A model generated the notes under the pieces. That model searched no databases. It was not told where the DNA came from and saw only the letters and a program-made list of their open reading frames with translations. DNA of 64,000 bases from the IMG/VR virus record IMGVR_UViG_3300020367_000003; one strand, 5' to 3'. The position numbers and the translations under genes are program-made. Below are positions 1 to 8,778 of the stretch, in pieces (positions within the stretch are counted from its first letter, which is position 1; each line of letters begins with the position of its first letter). Source of the stretch: an uncultured virus (IMG/VR IMGVR_UViG_3300020367_000003). Its lineage: Duplodnaviria; Heunggongvirae; Uroviricota; Caudoviricetes; Kyanoviridae.

Positions 1-76
1 GACGTGATAAGTCAGAGTTCCACTGTAAATATTCTTTCTCCCAGTTAGGAATGTCCTTGACCCACTTAGCAATCAT
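1..76 (-). CDS. Hypothetical protein, N-terminal part only (MIAKWVKDIPNWEKEYLQWNSDLSR...), runs off the window
   Basis: Manual translation; its ATG overlaps the TGA of the preceding micro-ORF (ATGA). Confidence 0.55.
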   Translation of the reverse strand, partial: MIAKWVKDIPNWEKEYLQWNSDLSR

Positions 77-144
77 TTTCTAAACACTCCAATACGAATT
101 AGAACATACATGATAATTACTGTCCAGAATAGTGTATACCACAT
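73..144 (-). CDS. 23-aa hydrophobic micro-protein MWYTLFWTVIIMYVLIRIGVFRK
   Basis: Manual translation; coupled on both sides (TAATG with gp44 stop, ATGA with next ORF); one TM-like segment and a basic tail. Confidence 0.5.
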   Translation of the reverse strand: MWYTLFWTVIIMYVLIRIGVFRK

Positions 145-1076
145 TACTTAAATTCACACCTCATCATTAACTCGGTCATAAATGCGACCATATTTATCTC
201 TTGGTCTACCACAAAGGAAGATTTGTATTGATACTCAGAGATAATCAACACTGCCTCAGGTATAGATGCAGGATTAAGATACTGATAAAGATTATCATAT
301 ACCTTTCTCATTATAACCTGTGGTTCGTTATCTAAATTCTGAGATACCCACTTCTTCATGTTGGTAAACTCTTTCACCTTAAGGTAACCTACTAACTTCT
401 CTATGCTAAACTCAGCACCAGAAGTTAAGATACCTGCATCAATGATACCACATGCAGAATATCTCTGCAACTCATTAAGAGTCCTACGAAAGTCAGGGAA
501 GTATTTGGTTACTACCTCTGCTACTACCTTAGGTTCATACTTAATTGATTCCTTATCAAGAATAACTCTAACCTTCTCGAAGAATGCTGCTGCTAACTTC
601 TGTTTATTCTTACTAACAGTAAAATCAACCACAGAACACCTACTATGGAGTGGGTCTATGATTTTATTTTTATAATTACACGTGAAGATGAACCTGCAGT
701 TCTTTTGAAACTCTTCAATCGCTGCACGTAATAGAAGTTGGACATCTGGTGTTGTATTATCCGCTTCATCCACAATGATAACCTTATGCTTTGATGAAGA
801 TGTAAGAGAAACAGTAGAAGCAAAGGTCTTTGCCTGATTGCGTACAGTGTCCAAGAATCTACCCTCATCAGACCCATTAATAACATAACTGTCTGCTCCT
901 AACTCTTCGCATAATGCTTTCGCTATTGTGGTTTTGCCTACACCCGCAGACCCAGAGAGCAAGAGGTTTGGTATCTCCCCTTGCTCTAAAAATCCTCGGA
1001 ATACTTGCTTAGTATCATCAGGTAGGACGCATTCTTCTATTGTATGTGGTCTATACTTCTCTACCCATAGAAACAT
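144..1076 (-). CDS. gp44: Clamp loader ATPase subunit (T4 gp44)
   Basis: LWVEKYRP N-terminus, Walker A GSAGVGKT, Walker B IIVDEAD, SRC motif; follows gp45. Confidence 0.97.
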   Translation of the reverse strand: MFLWVEKYRPHTIEECVLPDDTKQVFRGFLEQGEIPNLLLSGSAGVGKTTIAKALCEELGADSYVINGSDEGRFLDTVRNQAKTFASTVSLTSSSKHKVIIVDEADNTTPDVQLLLRAAIEEFQKNCRFIFTCNYKNKIIDPLHSRCSVVDFTVSKNKQKLAAAFFEKVRVILDKESIKYEPKVVAEVVTKYFPDFRRTLNELQRYSACGIIDAGILTSGAEFSIEKLVGYLKVKEFTNMKKWVSQNLDNEPQVIMRKVYDNLYQYLNPASIPEAVLIISEYQYKSSFVVDQEINMVAFMTELMMRCEFK

Positions 1077-1834
1077 TAGTTAGGCTCCAACGCTACGAAG
1101 TAATTCAACTCCGAATTAACAAGTGATGTGAAGTTTGCAATGTTTTTACCACTCAAAGTCACATGATAAGATGAATCAATCAACTTAAGATTCTCTACCT
1201 TAAAGCAATGACAGAAGTTACGTTGCTTTGTCATGTCCTCAGAGGATGGTGCTTGAAACTCACCATCTTGACCTGTTGATGGTGGGAAAATAACTTTCTT
1301 AAGAGGTAAGGAGAATACATTTGATGTATCATTCTTCTTATCCTTAACACAGATACTATACTCACCTCTAAATCCATTGATACATAGGTCTTCCACACCA
1401 TATACCTTTGCTGCTTGAAGCAGTTGGGTTAAATCTCTCTGTGGTAGGTCAAAATGCACCAACTTATCAGGTAAGTCAGGGTTAAACTCAGGAGGTGTAA
1501 CGATTACACTAGGGTCACTATAATAGAATGTTGTCTTACCCTTACTCTCCTCATCATATATGATGACTTTCTTGTCATCAGGGAAGAATAACCATGGTTC
1601 TCTAAACAGAGACACTGCTCCTAGAAATAATGGCAGGTCGTAGATTGCCATGTCATGTGGTACTTGCTCCCTAATTGTGCCCATTGCAATAATATTCTTA
1701 TTGACCGACATCGTTTGCACAAACTTACCACTCTCAATAAGAATGGACTTATTAATAGTGCTGAAGTTACGAAGAAGGTCAATCGTTGCCTTACTCAATT
1801 TGATATTCAATCTTGGGTCTTTTTGATCAGTCAT
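1076..1834 (-). CDS. gp45: DNA polymerase sliding clamp (T4 gp45)
   Basis: KLSKATIDLLRNFSTINKSI start, AIYDLPLFL, FKVENLKL, YFVALE end; synteny with gp44. Confidence 0.93.
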   Translation of the reverse strand: MTDQKDPRLNIKLSKATIDLLRNFSTINKSILIESGKFVQTMSVNKNIIAMGTIREQVPHDMAIYDLPLFLGAVSLFREPWLFFPDDKKVIIYDEESKGKTTFYYSDPSVIVTPPEFNPDLPDKLVHFDLPQRDLTQLLQAAKVYGVEDLCINGFRGEYSICVKDKKNDTSNVFSLPLKKVIFPPSTGQDGEFQAPSSEDMTKQRNFCHCFKVENLKLIDSSYHVTLSGKNIANFTSLVNSELNYFVALEPN

Positions 1835-2147
1835 AATCTATAAATTCTGCGGGAGTTGGAACCTGGTTTATCTCTGGTTTATCATTTGGATACGATGTCC
1901 CTGAGAAGTAATATAATAGTATAGCATAATGAATGATTTTTAACACATCTTCTTTATGCTTACCTTTCTTTTTGTAACGAGACGCATACTTAATGATATT
2001 GGATTGGCAGAATGCTTCTGCTGTCCCGATGGCCTCAAGGAGATCCAAAGTCTGGACCCCCTTCTCTTCATTTGAGTAGTGCGACCTGTAGGTCTGCGAG
2101 ATATAATCTTGGATGACCTTGATCGTATCCTCTTCTCTATACTTCAT
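1827..2147 (-). CDS. Conserved phage protein, DUF3310-like
   Basis: SHY...FCQSNIIKYASRYKKKG...DVLKIIHYA motif. Confidence 0.75.
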   Translation of the reverse strand: MKYREEDTIKVIQDYISQTYRSHYSNEEKGVQTLDLLEAIGTAEAFCQSNIIKYASRYKKKGKHKEDVLKIIHYAILLYYFSGTSYPNDKPEINQVPTPAEFIDYD

Positions 2148-2176
2148 ACTATATCAGTTTGCTAATGGGTTGTCAA
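2148..2176 (-). promoter_or_regulatory. Sigma70-like promoter TTGACA-N17-TATAGT at the end of cobS
   Basis: Read directly: perfect -35, 17-nt spacer, 5/6 match at -10. Confidence 0.55.
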
Positions 2177-3242
2177 GTGATTCGATATCAACCTCGTTGT
2201 CTATCTTATCATATAATTCCAAGAATGACCTCTTTGTTTCATCATCGAAACGTGCTAGACATACTTGTATTGCCTTAACTCTATCAGAGAATATAGAATA
2301 TGCCCTGATAATGTGGACAAGTCTACGTGTTGATATAACTTCATCAACACCACCATCCTTGAATGTCTTACGGATAATCTCTGCCCAGTTTGTAAGGTTA
2401 GCAATGTATTTGTCATCGCAACAATCTAATTCCTTACAGTAGTTGTTGAGCATTCTTATCTCTGTCTTAGGTTTTGGATACTCCTGCTCAAATGTAATTG
2501 GGAATCTCTCTAGGAATGCTTCATTTAATACATTAGTACCAATGAATCTACCGTCGTCTGATCCTTTACCCTTAGTGTTAGCAGTTGCTACAACTGTAAA
2601 ACCAGGTGCAGGTTTAACATAACGTCCTACCTTCTTCAAGAATACACCGTTACCCTCAAGAATAGATTGTAAACATAGAATCTTATTAGATGCTAGGTCA
2701 ATCTCATCAAGTAATAATACTGACCCTCTCTCAAGTGCTTCAATAACAGGTCCATTATGCCATACTGTGTTGCCATCGACAAGTCTGAATCCACCAATCA
2801 AGTCATCTTCATCAGTTTCAACTGTAATATTAACACGAATTAAGTCTCTCTTTGATGCTGCACATGCTTGCTCTACACCGAATGTCTTACCGTTACCAGA
2901 TAATCCTGTGATGAATATAGGATAGAATATCTTAGATGCTATAACCTTCTTGAGGTCAGGGAAGTCACCGAATGGTACGAAGTGACTATCTATTGCAGGT
3001 ACTAGACTCTCTCCTGCTGTGTATTGCACAGTTGATTCCAACTGCTGTTTAACTTCTGCTATTGATAAGTCCCACTTACCACGTTTAACTTTAAAATCAT
3101 TCAAATACTTACTTACTGTCTGATATGAAAGTTTAAATTTCTTTTGTGCTTTTTTTAAGTGGTTAGCATCCACCTTCTCACCGAAGTTACTGATTAAATA
3201 ATCTCTTAGGTCGTCTGTTGTCACTGTGCAAAGTTGAGGCAT
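2154..3242 (-). CDS. cobS: CobS-like / MoxR-family AAA+ ATPase (cyanophage 'cobS')
   Basis: Walker A GLSGNGKT, Walker B LLLDEID, ATANTKGKGSDDGRF, ISTRRL; start moved to MPQLC (3242), downstream of the promoter. Confidence 0.9.
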   Translation of the reverse strand: MPQLCTVTTDDLRDYLISNFGEKVDANHLKKAQKKFKLSYQTVSKYLNDFKVKRGKWDLSIAEVKQQLESTVQYTAGESLVPAIDSHFVPFGDFPDLKKVIASKIFYPIFITGLSGNGKTFGVEQACAASKRDLIRVNITVETDEDDLIGGFRLVDGNTVWHNGPVIEALERGSVLLLDEIDLASNKILCLQSILEGNGVFLKKVGRYVKPAPGFTVVATANTKGKGSDDGRFIGTNVLNEAFLERFPITFEQEYPKPKTEIRMLNNYCKELDCCDDKYIANLTNWAEIIRKTFKDGGVDEVISTRRLVHIIRAYSIFSDRVKAIQVCLARFDDETKRSFLELYDKIDNEVDIESLDNPLAN

Positions 3243-3256
3243 TGATCTTTTTGTTT

Positions 3257-3325
3257 TGTATACACTTATTATAACCCCAAAACTAAAGGTTGTGTAGGTA
3301 ACCATGACGGTTTCTTATCTGGCAC
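3257..3325 (-). promoter_or_regulatory. Putative early-type promoter: GTGCCAGATAAGAAACCGTC-N32-TATAAT-N5-TATACA
   Basis: Same motif and spacing as 6030-6098; lies just upstream of the cobS ATG. Confidence 0.65.
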
Positions 3326-3808
3326 ACGCTTATAATTTTCTAGTATCCATGGCTTCGTAGCAAGATATAATCTATAAGCATGAGTAGTAGTAATACTATT
3401 ATCATACTTTAATGCATCAGGCATTGCCCTAACAAAAGGTGTGTGTTTCTCTGGACATCCATTCTCCATCCTAGTAAGTGCTGCTAGTCGGATACTTCTC
3501 TCACACGCATGTTTCTTACCATACCTAGACTCATATTCATTACATAATGATATCCCATGTTGGAATAACCATTGTAGATTATCATCAGTTTTTGCTGCCC
3601 ATTTAGTACAAGGATGATTTCTAAATGCACCCTTAGTAGTATTGTAAGGTTGATTGTCTGACTTTAATACATTTCCATACCCATGGTACCACTTAGAAAA
3701 GACCAACGCAATGATTTGCGTGGTCTCAACTGGCATCTTAACAACGTATTTGTCAGGTAGAGAGAATGCTGCTAGTGCAGGATCCTCATCTACTGCAAAG
3801 ATATTCAT
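3269..3808 (-). CDS. Pyrimidine-dimer DNA glycosylase / endonuclease V-like protein
   Basis: MNIF..D.DP...A..LPDK.VVKMP.ET.Q, NHPCTKWA, EY..RYGK.H, AMPD motifs. Confidence 0.8.
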   Translation of the reverse strand: MNIFAVDEDPALAAFSLPDKYVVKMPVETTQIIALVFSKWYHGYGNVLKSDNQPYNTTKGAFRNHPCTKWAAKTDDNLQWLFQHGISLCNEYESRYGKKHACERSIRLAALTRMENGCPEKHTPFVRAMPDALKYDNSITTTHAYRLYLATKPWILENYKRVPDKKPSWLPTQPLVLGL

Positions 3809-6018
3809 GCTATCTGGTCAATGAATGATGATAAAATTTTCTTGTTATTCTTTTTAGACTTAAGAGATTTAGTGAATGCTCTCTTGATATCTGCTTTAGA
3901 ATCAGACTTAGGTTCGAATGAGTCGTCTGTATTTAGCGAGGTAGGGTTAATAAAGAAGATTTCTTGATACCCTAGGATAGGTGCTGATACACACTTGGTC
4001 TTCGAGAAAGTTTTCATATACTTTTCACTATCCTTTGTCTCATACTCAAAGTATCTTCTGATTTCTCTTGCCTGTGCAATACGGAAACCTAAGAAGTTAC
4101 ACTCTGGGAATCTACCTTTAAGATATCTTAGAAGTAACTTAGTATAATCAGAATGACCTCTCATACTCATTGAATATACTCTACCATTGTTTCTATCTCT
4201 TAGTTGAGTTGACCATGGCATTGCACTTCTATAACATTCTTCAGTTTTATACCCATACTCTTGATTAATTTGCTTCCTATGCTCTGATGGTTCTCTCCAG
4301 TAACCAGGATGTGCACCTTCACCATCAGTAAGAATAGATACATGCACCTTCTCTACTCCATTCTTTCTTTGGAAGTCAGGAATAAGACTTTGAAGACATG
4401 CTATTGCTTCGTTTAATGGTGTGCCACCCAACTGCATGTGTGATGGGACAGCATCAGGTACTGATGATGCTCTTTCAAAATCTATGTTTTTTCTTGAACT
4501 GTATCTATAGGTGTATTTTGTGTCAATCATATAGCATATCCTCCACAAATCACGTGCATAGGTATCAAATGTTGCGTTGTTAAGTCTACTGTTAAGATAG
4601 TTAACTAGGAAGAAAGAAGGAGGAATATGCATCTCATCTTTATTACCTTTATCCATATCTGCTACGGTGCAGTTTTGACTCCAGTAGTGTCCATCCTGCA
4701 CGAATGCATAAACATCGAATGGGATACCTGATTTCCTACAGAATAAGCAAAGAGATAGTAATTGCTTGTAAGTATCAAGTAATTCATCTGCCATTGACCC
4801 TGACCAATCAAGTAAGAAGATTAAACCATGGTTCTTACCATCAGGTGTGGATGTAATTCTCTTGAATATATCCTCATTGTATTTGTAACTAAAGAGTTTC
4901 TTTGTATCTAACACTCCTGTGCGAGAAACAGATTGTCTTGCATATGAAGTTGCTGCTTTCTTCATTTCAAACTCTTTAGAAAGATAGTTTACTTCACGAG
5001 AGCAATCCTTTTTAAACTGACGATACTCGTTGTCGGTGTATGTCCAATCTAATGGTCTGTAATACTCATGGTCTGGATTAGTATAGTAATCATTACCCCA
5101 ATACTCATTGTTTAATTCATGGACTTTCGATGCATCAACAATATGATGCTCTAGGTCTACATTAGGGACAGTAACATAGACAGGTGGATGTGACTCACTC
5201 TTATCAACCAAGTCTTCGAGACTTTCTTTTAATGCTGCATCTGTCTTTGCTTCTAGGTTACTATTCTCACGTCCACCTTCAGGCTGTGCTTCTGCTGTAG
5301 TATCAGAATCTCCCTTCTTACCTTCCTCATGGTCACCTTTCTTATTCTGTGCTTTACCTTCTTCACCAGAGTCATCTGGACTTGCACCTATACTATCACC
5401 TGATTTCTGGTCAAGACTTATGTCATCTGTACCTCCATCTTCTGATAGTGACTCAATTTTTTCTTGCTCTTGCTTCTTCTTTTCATATTCATAAATTGCT
5501 GCTGCTGCATCAACTGCTTGTTGGAATGTCTCAGCGACCTCTACAGCGTCTCTGAGGACTCTCTCAGCGTCATTAAATGGCATAACACTATAAGCACCAA
5601 TCTTGAAGTGTAGATTGATTCTATCGATTAGATGAATGTCCTCAGGAATCTCCTCTTCTATCTGAAAGAAGTCTTGGTCATTTAATTGTCTGTAACCTTC
5701 AAAGAAATCTTTAGAAAGACCAGGAAACTTTCTCTTCATCAACTTCTCGATACGTGCATCCTCTGTAACATTCACATATGATTGAGGAAGGTCAGGATGT
5801 ATTGTCATCTCTTTCCAATCATCTGTTGGAGTGAAGAGTGCGTGTCCTACCTCATGTCCAACCAACATATTATAAACTCTTTCTGTTGTATCCCAGATAG
5901 GAAGTGTCAAGACTCTCTTATCAACATCAAACATTGCTGTCTGACATACCCTATGCTCTACTATAAGATTTTCTGTTGCTAGTAGTTTAGCAAGTTGTCC
6001 TTTTACTTCGTTGGTCAT
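3805..6018 (-). CDS. CobT-like protein: N-terminal HEXXH metallopeptidase-like domain, acidic linker, C-terminal vWA domain
   Basis: GHEVGHALFT...NVTEDARIE; MIDAS residues DWSGS, GGTPL, LTDG. Confidence 0.85.
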   Translation of the reverse strand: MTNEVKGQLAKLLATENLIVEHRVCQTAMFDVDKRVLTLPIWDTTERVYNMLVGHEVGHALFTPTDDWKEMTIHPDLPQSYVNVTEDARIEKLMKRKFPGLSKDFFEGYRQLNDQDFFQIEEEIPEDIHLIDRINLHFKIGAYSVMPFNDAERVLRDAVEVAETFQQAVDAAAAIYEYEKKKQEQEKIESLSEDGGTDDISLDQKSGDSIGASPDDSGEEGKAQNKKGDHEEGKKGDSDTTAEAQPEGGRENSNLEAKTDAALKESLEDLVDKSESHPPVYVTVPNVDLEHHIVDASKVHELNNEYWGNDYYTNPDHEYYRPLDWTYTDNEYRQFKKDCSREVNYLSKEFEMKKAATSYARQSVSRTGVLDTKKLFSYKYNEDIFKRITSTPDGKNHGLIFLLDWSGSMADELLDTYKQLLSLCLFCRKSGIPFDVYAFVQDGHYWSQNCTVADMDKGNKDEMHIPPSFFLVNYLNSRLNNATFDTYARDLWRICYMIDTKYTYRYSSRKNIDFERASSVPDAVPSHMQLGGTPLNEAIACLQSLIPDFQRKNGVEKVHVSILTDGEGAHPGYWREPSEHRKQINQEYGYKTEECYRSAMPWSTQLRDRNNGRVYSMSMRGHSDYTKLLLRYLKGRFPECNFLGFRIAQAREIRRYFEYETKDSEKYMKTFSKTKCVSAPILGYQEIFFINPTSLNTDDSFEPKSDSKADIKRAFTKSLKSKKNNKKILSSFIDQIA

Positions 6019-6187
6019 CTAATTTCCTGTGTATATTCACATTATAATAGGAAACCCTCCGCTTGGGAGGGTTTAGTAGACACTTTTTCAACTGTCTCGT
6101 TCTTTTTCGTGCCTGTCGGAGTGCTTGCGGTTTGAGATGACGCTTTGCCTCCTTCTTACTATGATGCTGCCAGTTTGGAAAAATCAT
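5987..6187 (-). CDS. Small basic cyanophage-type protein (MIFPNWQHHSKKEAKRHLKPQALRQARKR...)
   Basis: PNWQHHSKK...LKPQA motif recalled from cyanophage hypothetical proteins; overlaps the gp46 end and the vWA start. Confidence 0.6.
   Translation of the reverse strand: MIFPNWQHHSKKEAKRHLKPQALRQARKRTRQLKKCLLNPPKRRVSYYNVNIHRKLDDQRSKRTTC
6030..6098 (-). promoter_or_regulatory. Putative early-type promoter: GAGACAGTTGAAAAAGTGTC-N32-TATAAT-N5-TATACA, with a 9-bp hairpin in the spacer
   Basis: Read directly; inverted repeat AAACCCTCC/GGAGGGTTT at 6052-6074; matches 3257-3325. Confidence 0.7.
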
Positions 6188-7781
6188 TGGTCTTCTCGAA
6201 CTTGAGGGTCTTATCGAATTTATCAAGAAGTAACTCCCCTTTATGTGAAATGACGAATAAGTTCACAGTTTTGTCTAGTGCCTTCAGAATCTTGAGTAAT
6301 TCATCTGTACTAGAGTCATCCAAGGAGGAATCAAATACTTCATCCAGTATCAGGAGGTTGGTAGCAGCAGAGTTTTTCATCTTTGCTATCTCTCTCCATG
6401 TAAACAAGACAGATAAGTCAATCTTTTGCTTCTCACCCTCTGAAAAGGAAGCATAGGAGAACTCATCTCTGTATCTACTCTTGATAACTTCTTTGAACTC
6501 TTCATCAATAGTAAAGTTGACAAAGAAATCCATTGATTGCAGGTATTTATTAATCTTTTGATTGATCAAGGGGATGAACTTACTGATGATCTTAGATTTG
6601 ATCCCAGTATCCCTTAGTAAACTACCTACCACCTTAAGATTATCAGACTCTTCGTTGATTGTCGCTACCTCTTGTGCCAGTTTATCAACTGAGTCTCTAT
6701 ACTTATCCAAATCCGTCTTAGAATAGTTCTGTTCTTGCTGTAATAATACATTCTGCTCTTGCTGTAATGACTTCAGCTCGTAGTTAATTTGAGATATCTC
6801 ATCAGCATACCCCTGTAACTGTTTTACTTGCTTGTGACCTCGATTAAGGGCATCAGTGATGACTTTAAGACCTTCTATAAACTTCTTCTCTCTTTCCTGA
6901 GCATTTGATATCATCAATGTCTTATCCTGTATCTCTTGATTACATGTAGGACATGTATCATTCTCCCAATACAATTTCAAATCACTCTTGGCCTTGTCTA
7001 GGTTGTGAGATATCTTGATTCTCATGTCTTTCATCTCATCATACTTGGCTTTAACTTCACCTAGGTCTTTGGCCTTCCTACTTAGTATTTCTATCTCGTC
7101 ATGGCACTCATACATTCGTGCATCAATCTCACCTATTCTCTTACCCTTCTCCTTCTTTCTCTCTTCAAAATATTGTTCCTCTAATGTCAATACTGCTTTC
7201 TCTTTAGTCAGTTTACCTTCTGCTTTAATTTGATTCTCTCTTACATCTCTTACTTTATCCTTAAGGATACCATTCATTCTTGAGAAGATCTGGATGTCCA
7301 ATATATCTTCGATAACTTCTCTCCTGACACTTGCTCCGAGTTGCATGAAGGGTACAAATGTGGATGAACCAAGGATGACGACCTGTGTGAAACTCTTAAA
7401 GTTAAGTTTGAGGACTGAATGTTCAAGGTACTTCTGTGAATCTTTGGTAGCAGCATCTTGGTCAAGTAGTTTACCGTTTCTATAAATTTCAAATACATTA
7501 GGTTTCCTCCCTCGTTTTACTTTGTAATGGACAGATCCGATACTAAACTCAATCTCTACTATTAATTCTTTCTCGTTGATACTATTAACCAACTGACTAA
7601 TACTTATCTTACGAAATGGTTTATTGAACAAACCAAAGCAGAGTGCATCTAACATCGTAGACTTCCCTGCTCCATTTGCTCCAATTATAAGGTGCGATCT
7701 AGCACCATTCAAAGTCACTTCGGTGAAAGTATTACCAGTAGATAGGAAATTCTTCCAACGAATCTTCTCAAAAGTTATCAT
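6159..7781 (-). CDS. gp46: Recombination endonuclease ATPase subunit (T4 gp46, Rad50/SbcC-like)
   Basis: GANGAGKST, CPTC zinc hook, FSEGEKQKID, LILDEVFD, VISH. Confidence 0.97.
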   Translation of the reverse strand: MITFEKIRWKNFLSTGNTFTEVTLNGARSHLIIGANGAGKSTMLDALCFGLFNKPFRKISISQLVNSINEKELIVEIEFSIGSVHYKVKRGRKPNVFEIYRNGKLLDQDAATKDSQKYLEHSVLKLNFKSFTQVVILGSSTFVPFMQLGASVRREVIEDILDIQIFSRMNGILKDKVRDVRENQIKAEGKLTKEKAVLTLEEQYFEERKKEKGKRIGEIDARMYECHDEIEILSRKAKDLGEVKAKYDEMKDMRIKISHNLDKAKSDLKLYWENDTCPTCNQEIQDKTLMISNAQEREKKFIEGLKVITDALNRGHKQVKQLQGYADEISQINYELKSLQQEQNVLLQQEQNYSKTDLDKYRDSVDKLAQEVATINEESDNLKVVGSLLRDTGIKSKIISKFIPLINQKINKYLQSMDFFVNFTIDEEFKEVIKSRYRDEFSYASFSEGEKQKIDLSVLFTWREIAKMKNSAATNLLILDEVFDSSLDDSSTDELLKILKALDKTVNLFVISHKGELLLDKFDKTLKFEKTNDFSKLAAS

Positions 7782-8047
7782 TTACCGTCTTGTGGGGGAG
7801 GTATTACAAATTCATCTGGACTAATCATAGTAAAGGCATACCCATGTATGGTGCAGTTTTCTTTTACCTGCTCCTCTCCTATTTCAGTCACCGATAACTT
7901 CCTAGGATAATCATCGGCCTTCAACATATCATAATAACGTGATGCGTCATCTTTGTCAAGGAATATCTGAACAACTCTTTCAGTATGGTCATCATCCCTG
8001 ACCGCATATACTCCACCAGTTTTTTTATCTAATAGCACAAACATCAA
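7778..8047 (-). CDS. DUF3110-like cyanobacterial/cyanophage protein
   Basis: GVYAV...F..KDDA.RY..ML.A......C...GY....I.PD.FVIPP pattern. Confidence 0.7.
   Translation of the reverse strand: MMFVLLDKKTGGVYAVRDDDHTERVVQIFLDKDDASRYYDMLKADDYPRKLSVTEIGEEQVKENCTIHGYAFTMISPDEFVIPPPQDGK
7931..7959 (-). promoter_or_regulatory. Possible internal sigma70 promoter TTGACA-N17-TATTAT, ~150 nt upstream of gp46
   Basis: Read directly; lies inside a CDS, so it could be chance. Confidence 0.35.
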
Positions 8048-8778
8048 ATGTCCTCTGCGGGTATGCCTAAAGAGTAATAGTCCTTATAGTATGATAAGGG
8101 TTGCATAAAACCACCACAATCAGGATGGTCTTCAAGTATTTTAAGTTTTAATTCTTCTGAATATGGACAACTATCTTGACAAATTCTACATACTCTCTCA
8201 GGATACATGAATATATGCCTTCCTTCAACTACGTTAGCACACTTCTCCCAGTCGAGCAACTTAAAATTCATCCTGCACCCTTCTGGACAATTAGATTCAC
8301 ATGGTGCGTCACATCCTATACAGTTATCATATAAACTTTCTTCAACTGTCACCGATTCCTCAAATTCAAGGTTAGTAAACAGTAATTCTAACTTCCAATT
8401 CAATCCATACTTATGATGGAAAGTGATAGAGGGTTTGGTTAGTTTGGCCACCCCTGACCTCATAGCATATTGCTTACGATCAAACACATATCCATCATCT
8501 TGGAACCATATACGTTCAGCATTATATTTTTTATTGAGATGATCATATATCCGTGGGACTATCTCATGTGAATAGAAATAATCACCACCGACATAGCTAA
8601 ACATACTCATTACGAGTACAGACTTAGGAGGAGTCTCAGGTGGTCTATCAGGTATAGGTTTTTGTTTAGAAAATCTATTGTCCTCAGCGAAGGTAGTTAC
8701 GTCTATCTCGTAGAGGAAACCCTCATAGTCATCTGTTACTTCTTTAATGTCTGCTCTAAGTTTATCTAGGGAGATCAT
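8044..8778 (-). CDS. QueG (epoxyqueuosine reductase)/reductive-dehalogenase-like protein with two [4Fe-4S] Cys clusters
   Basis: KSVLV..GGDY, RKQYAMRSG..KYG..LFTNLE, CIGCDAPCESNCP, LDWEKC, CRICQDSCPY, collinear with QueG motifs. Confidence 0.7.
   Translation of the reverse strand: MISLDKLRADIKEVTDDYEGFLYEIDVTTFAEDNRFSKQKPIPDRPPETPPKSVLVMSMFSYVGGDYFYSHEIVPRIYDHLNKKYNAERIWFQDDGYVFDRKQYAMRSGVAKLTKPSITFHHKYGLNWKLELLFTNLEFEESVTVEESLYDNCIGCDAPCESNCPEGCRMNFKLLDWEKCANVVEGRHIFMYPERVCRICQDSCPYSEELKLKILEDHPDCGGFMQPLSYYKDYYSLGIPAEDI

Noticed and set aside
3243..3305. N-terminal extension of cobS in the ORF track
   Set aside because: Spans the promoter and the upstream gene's end; the ATG at 3242 is more plausible
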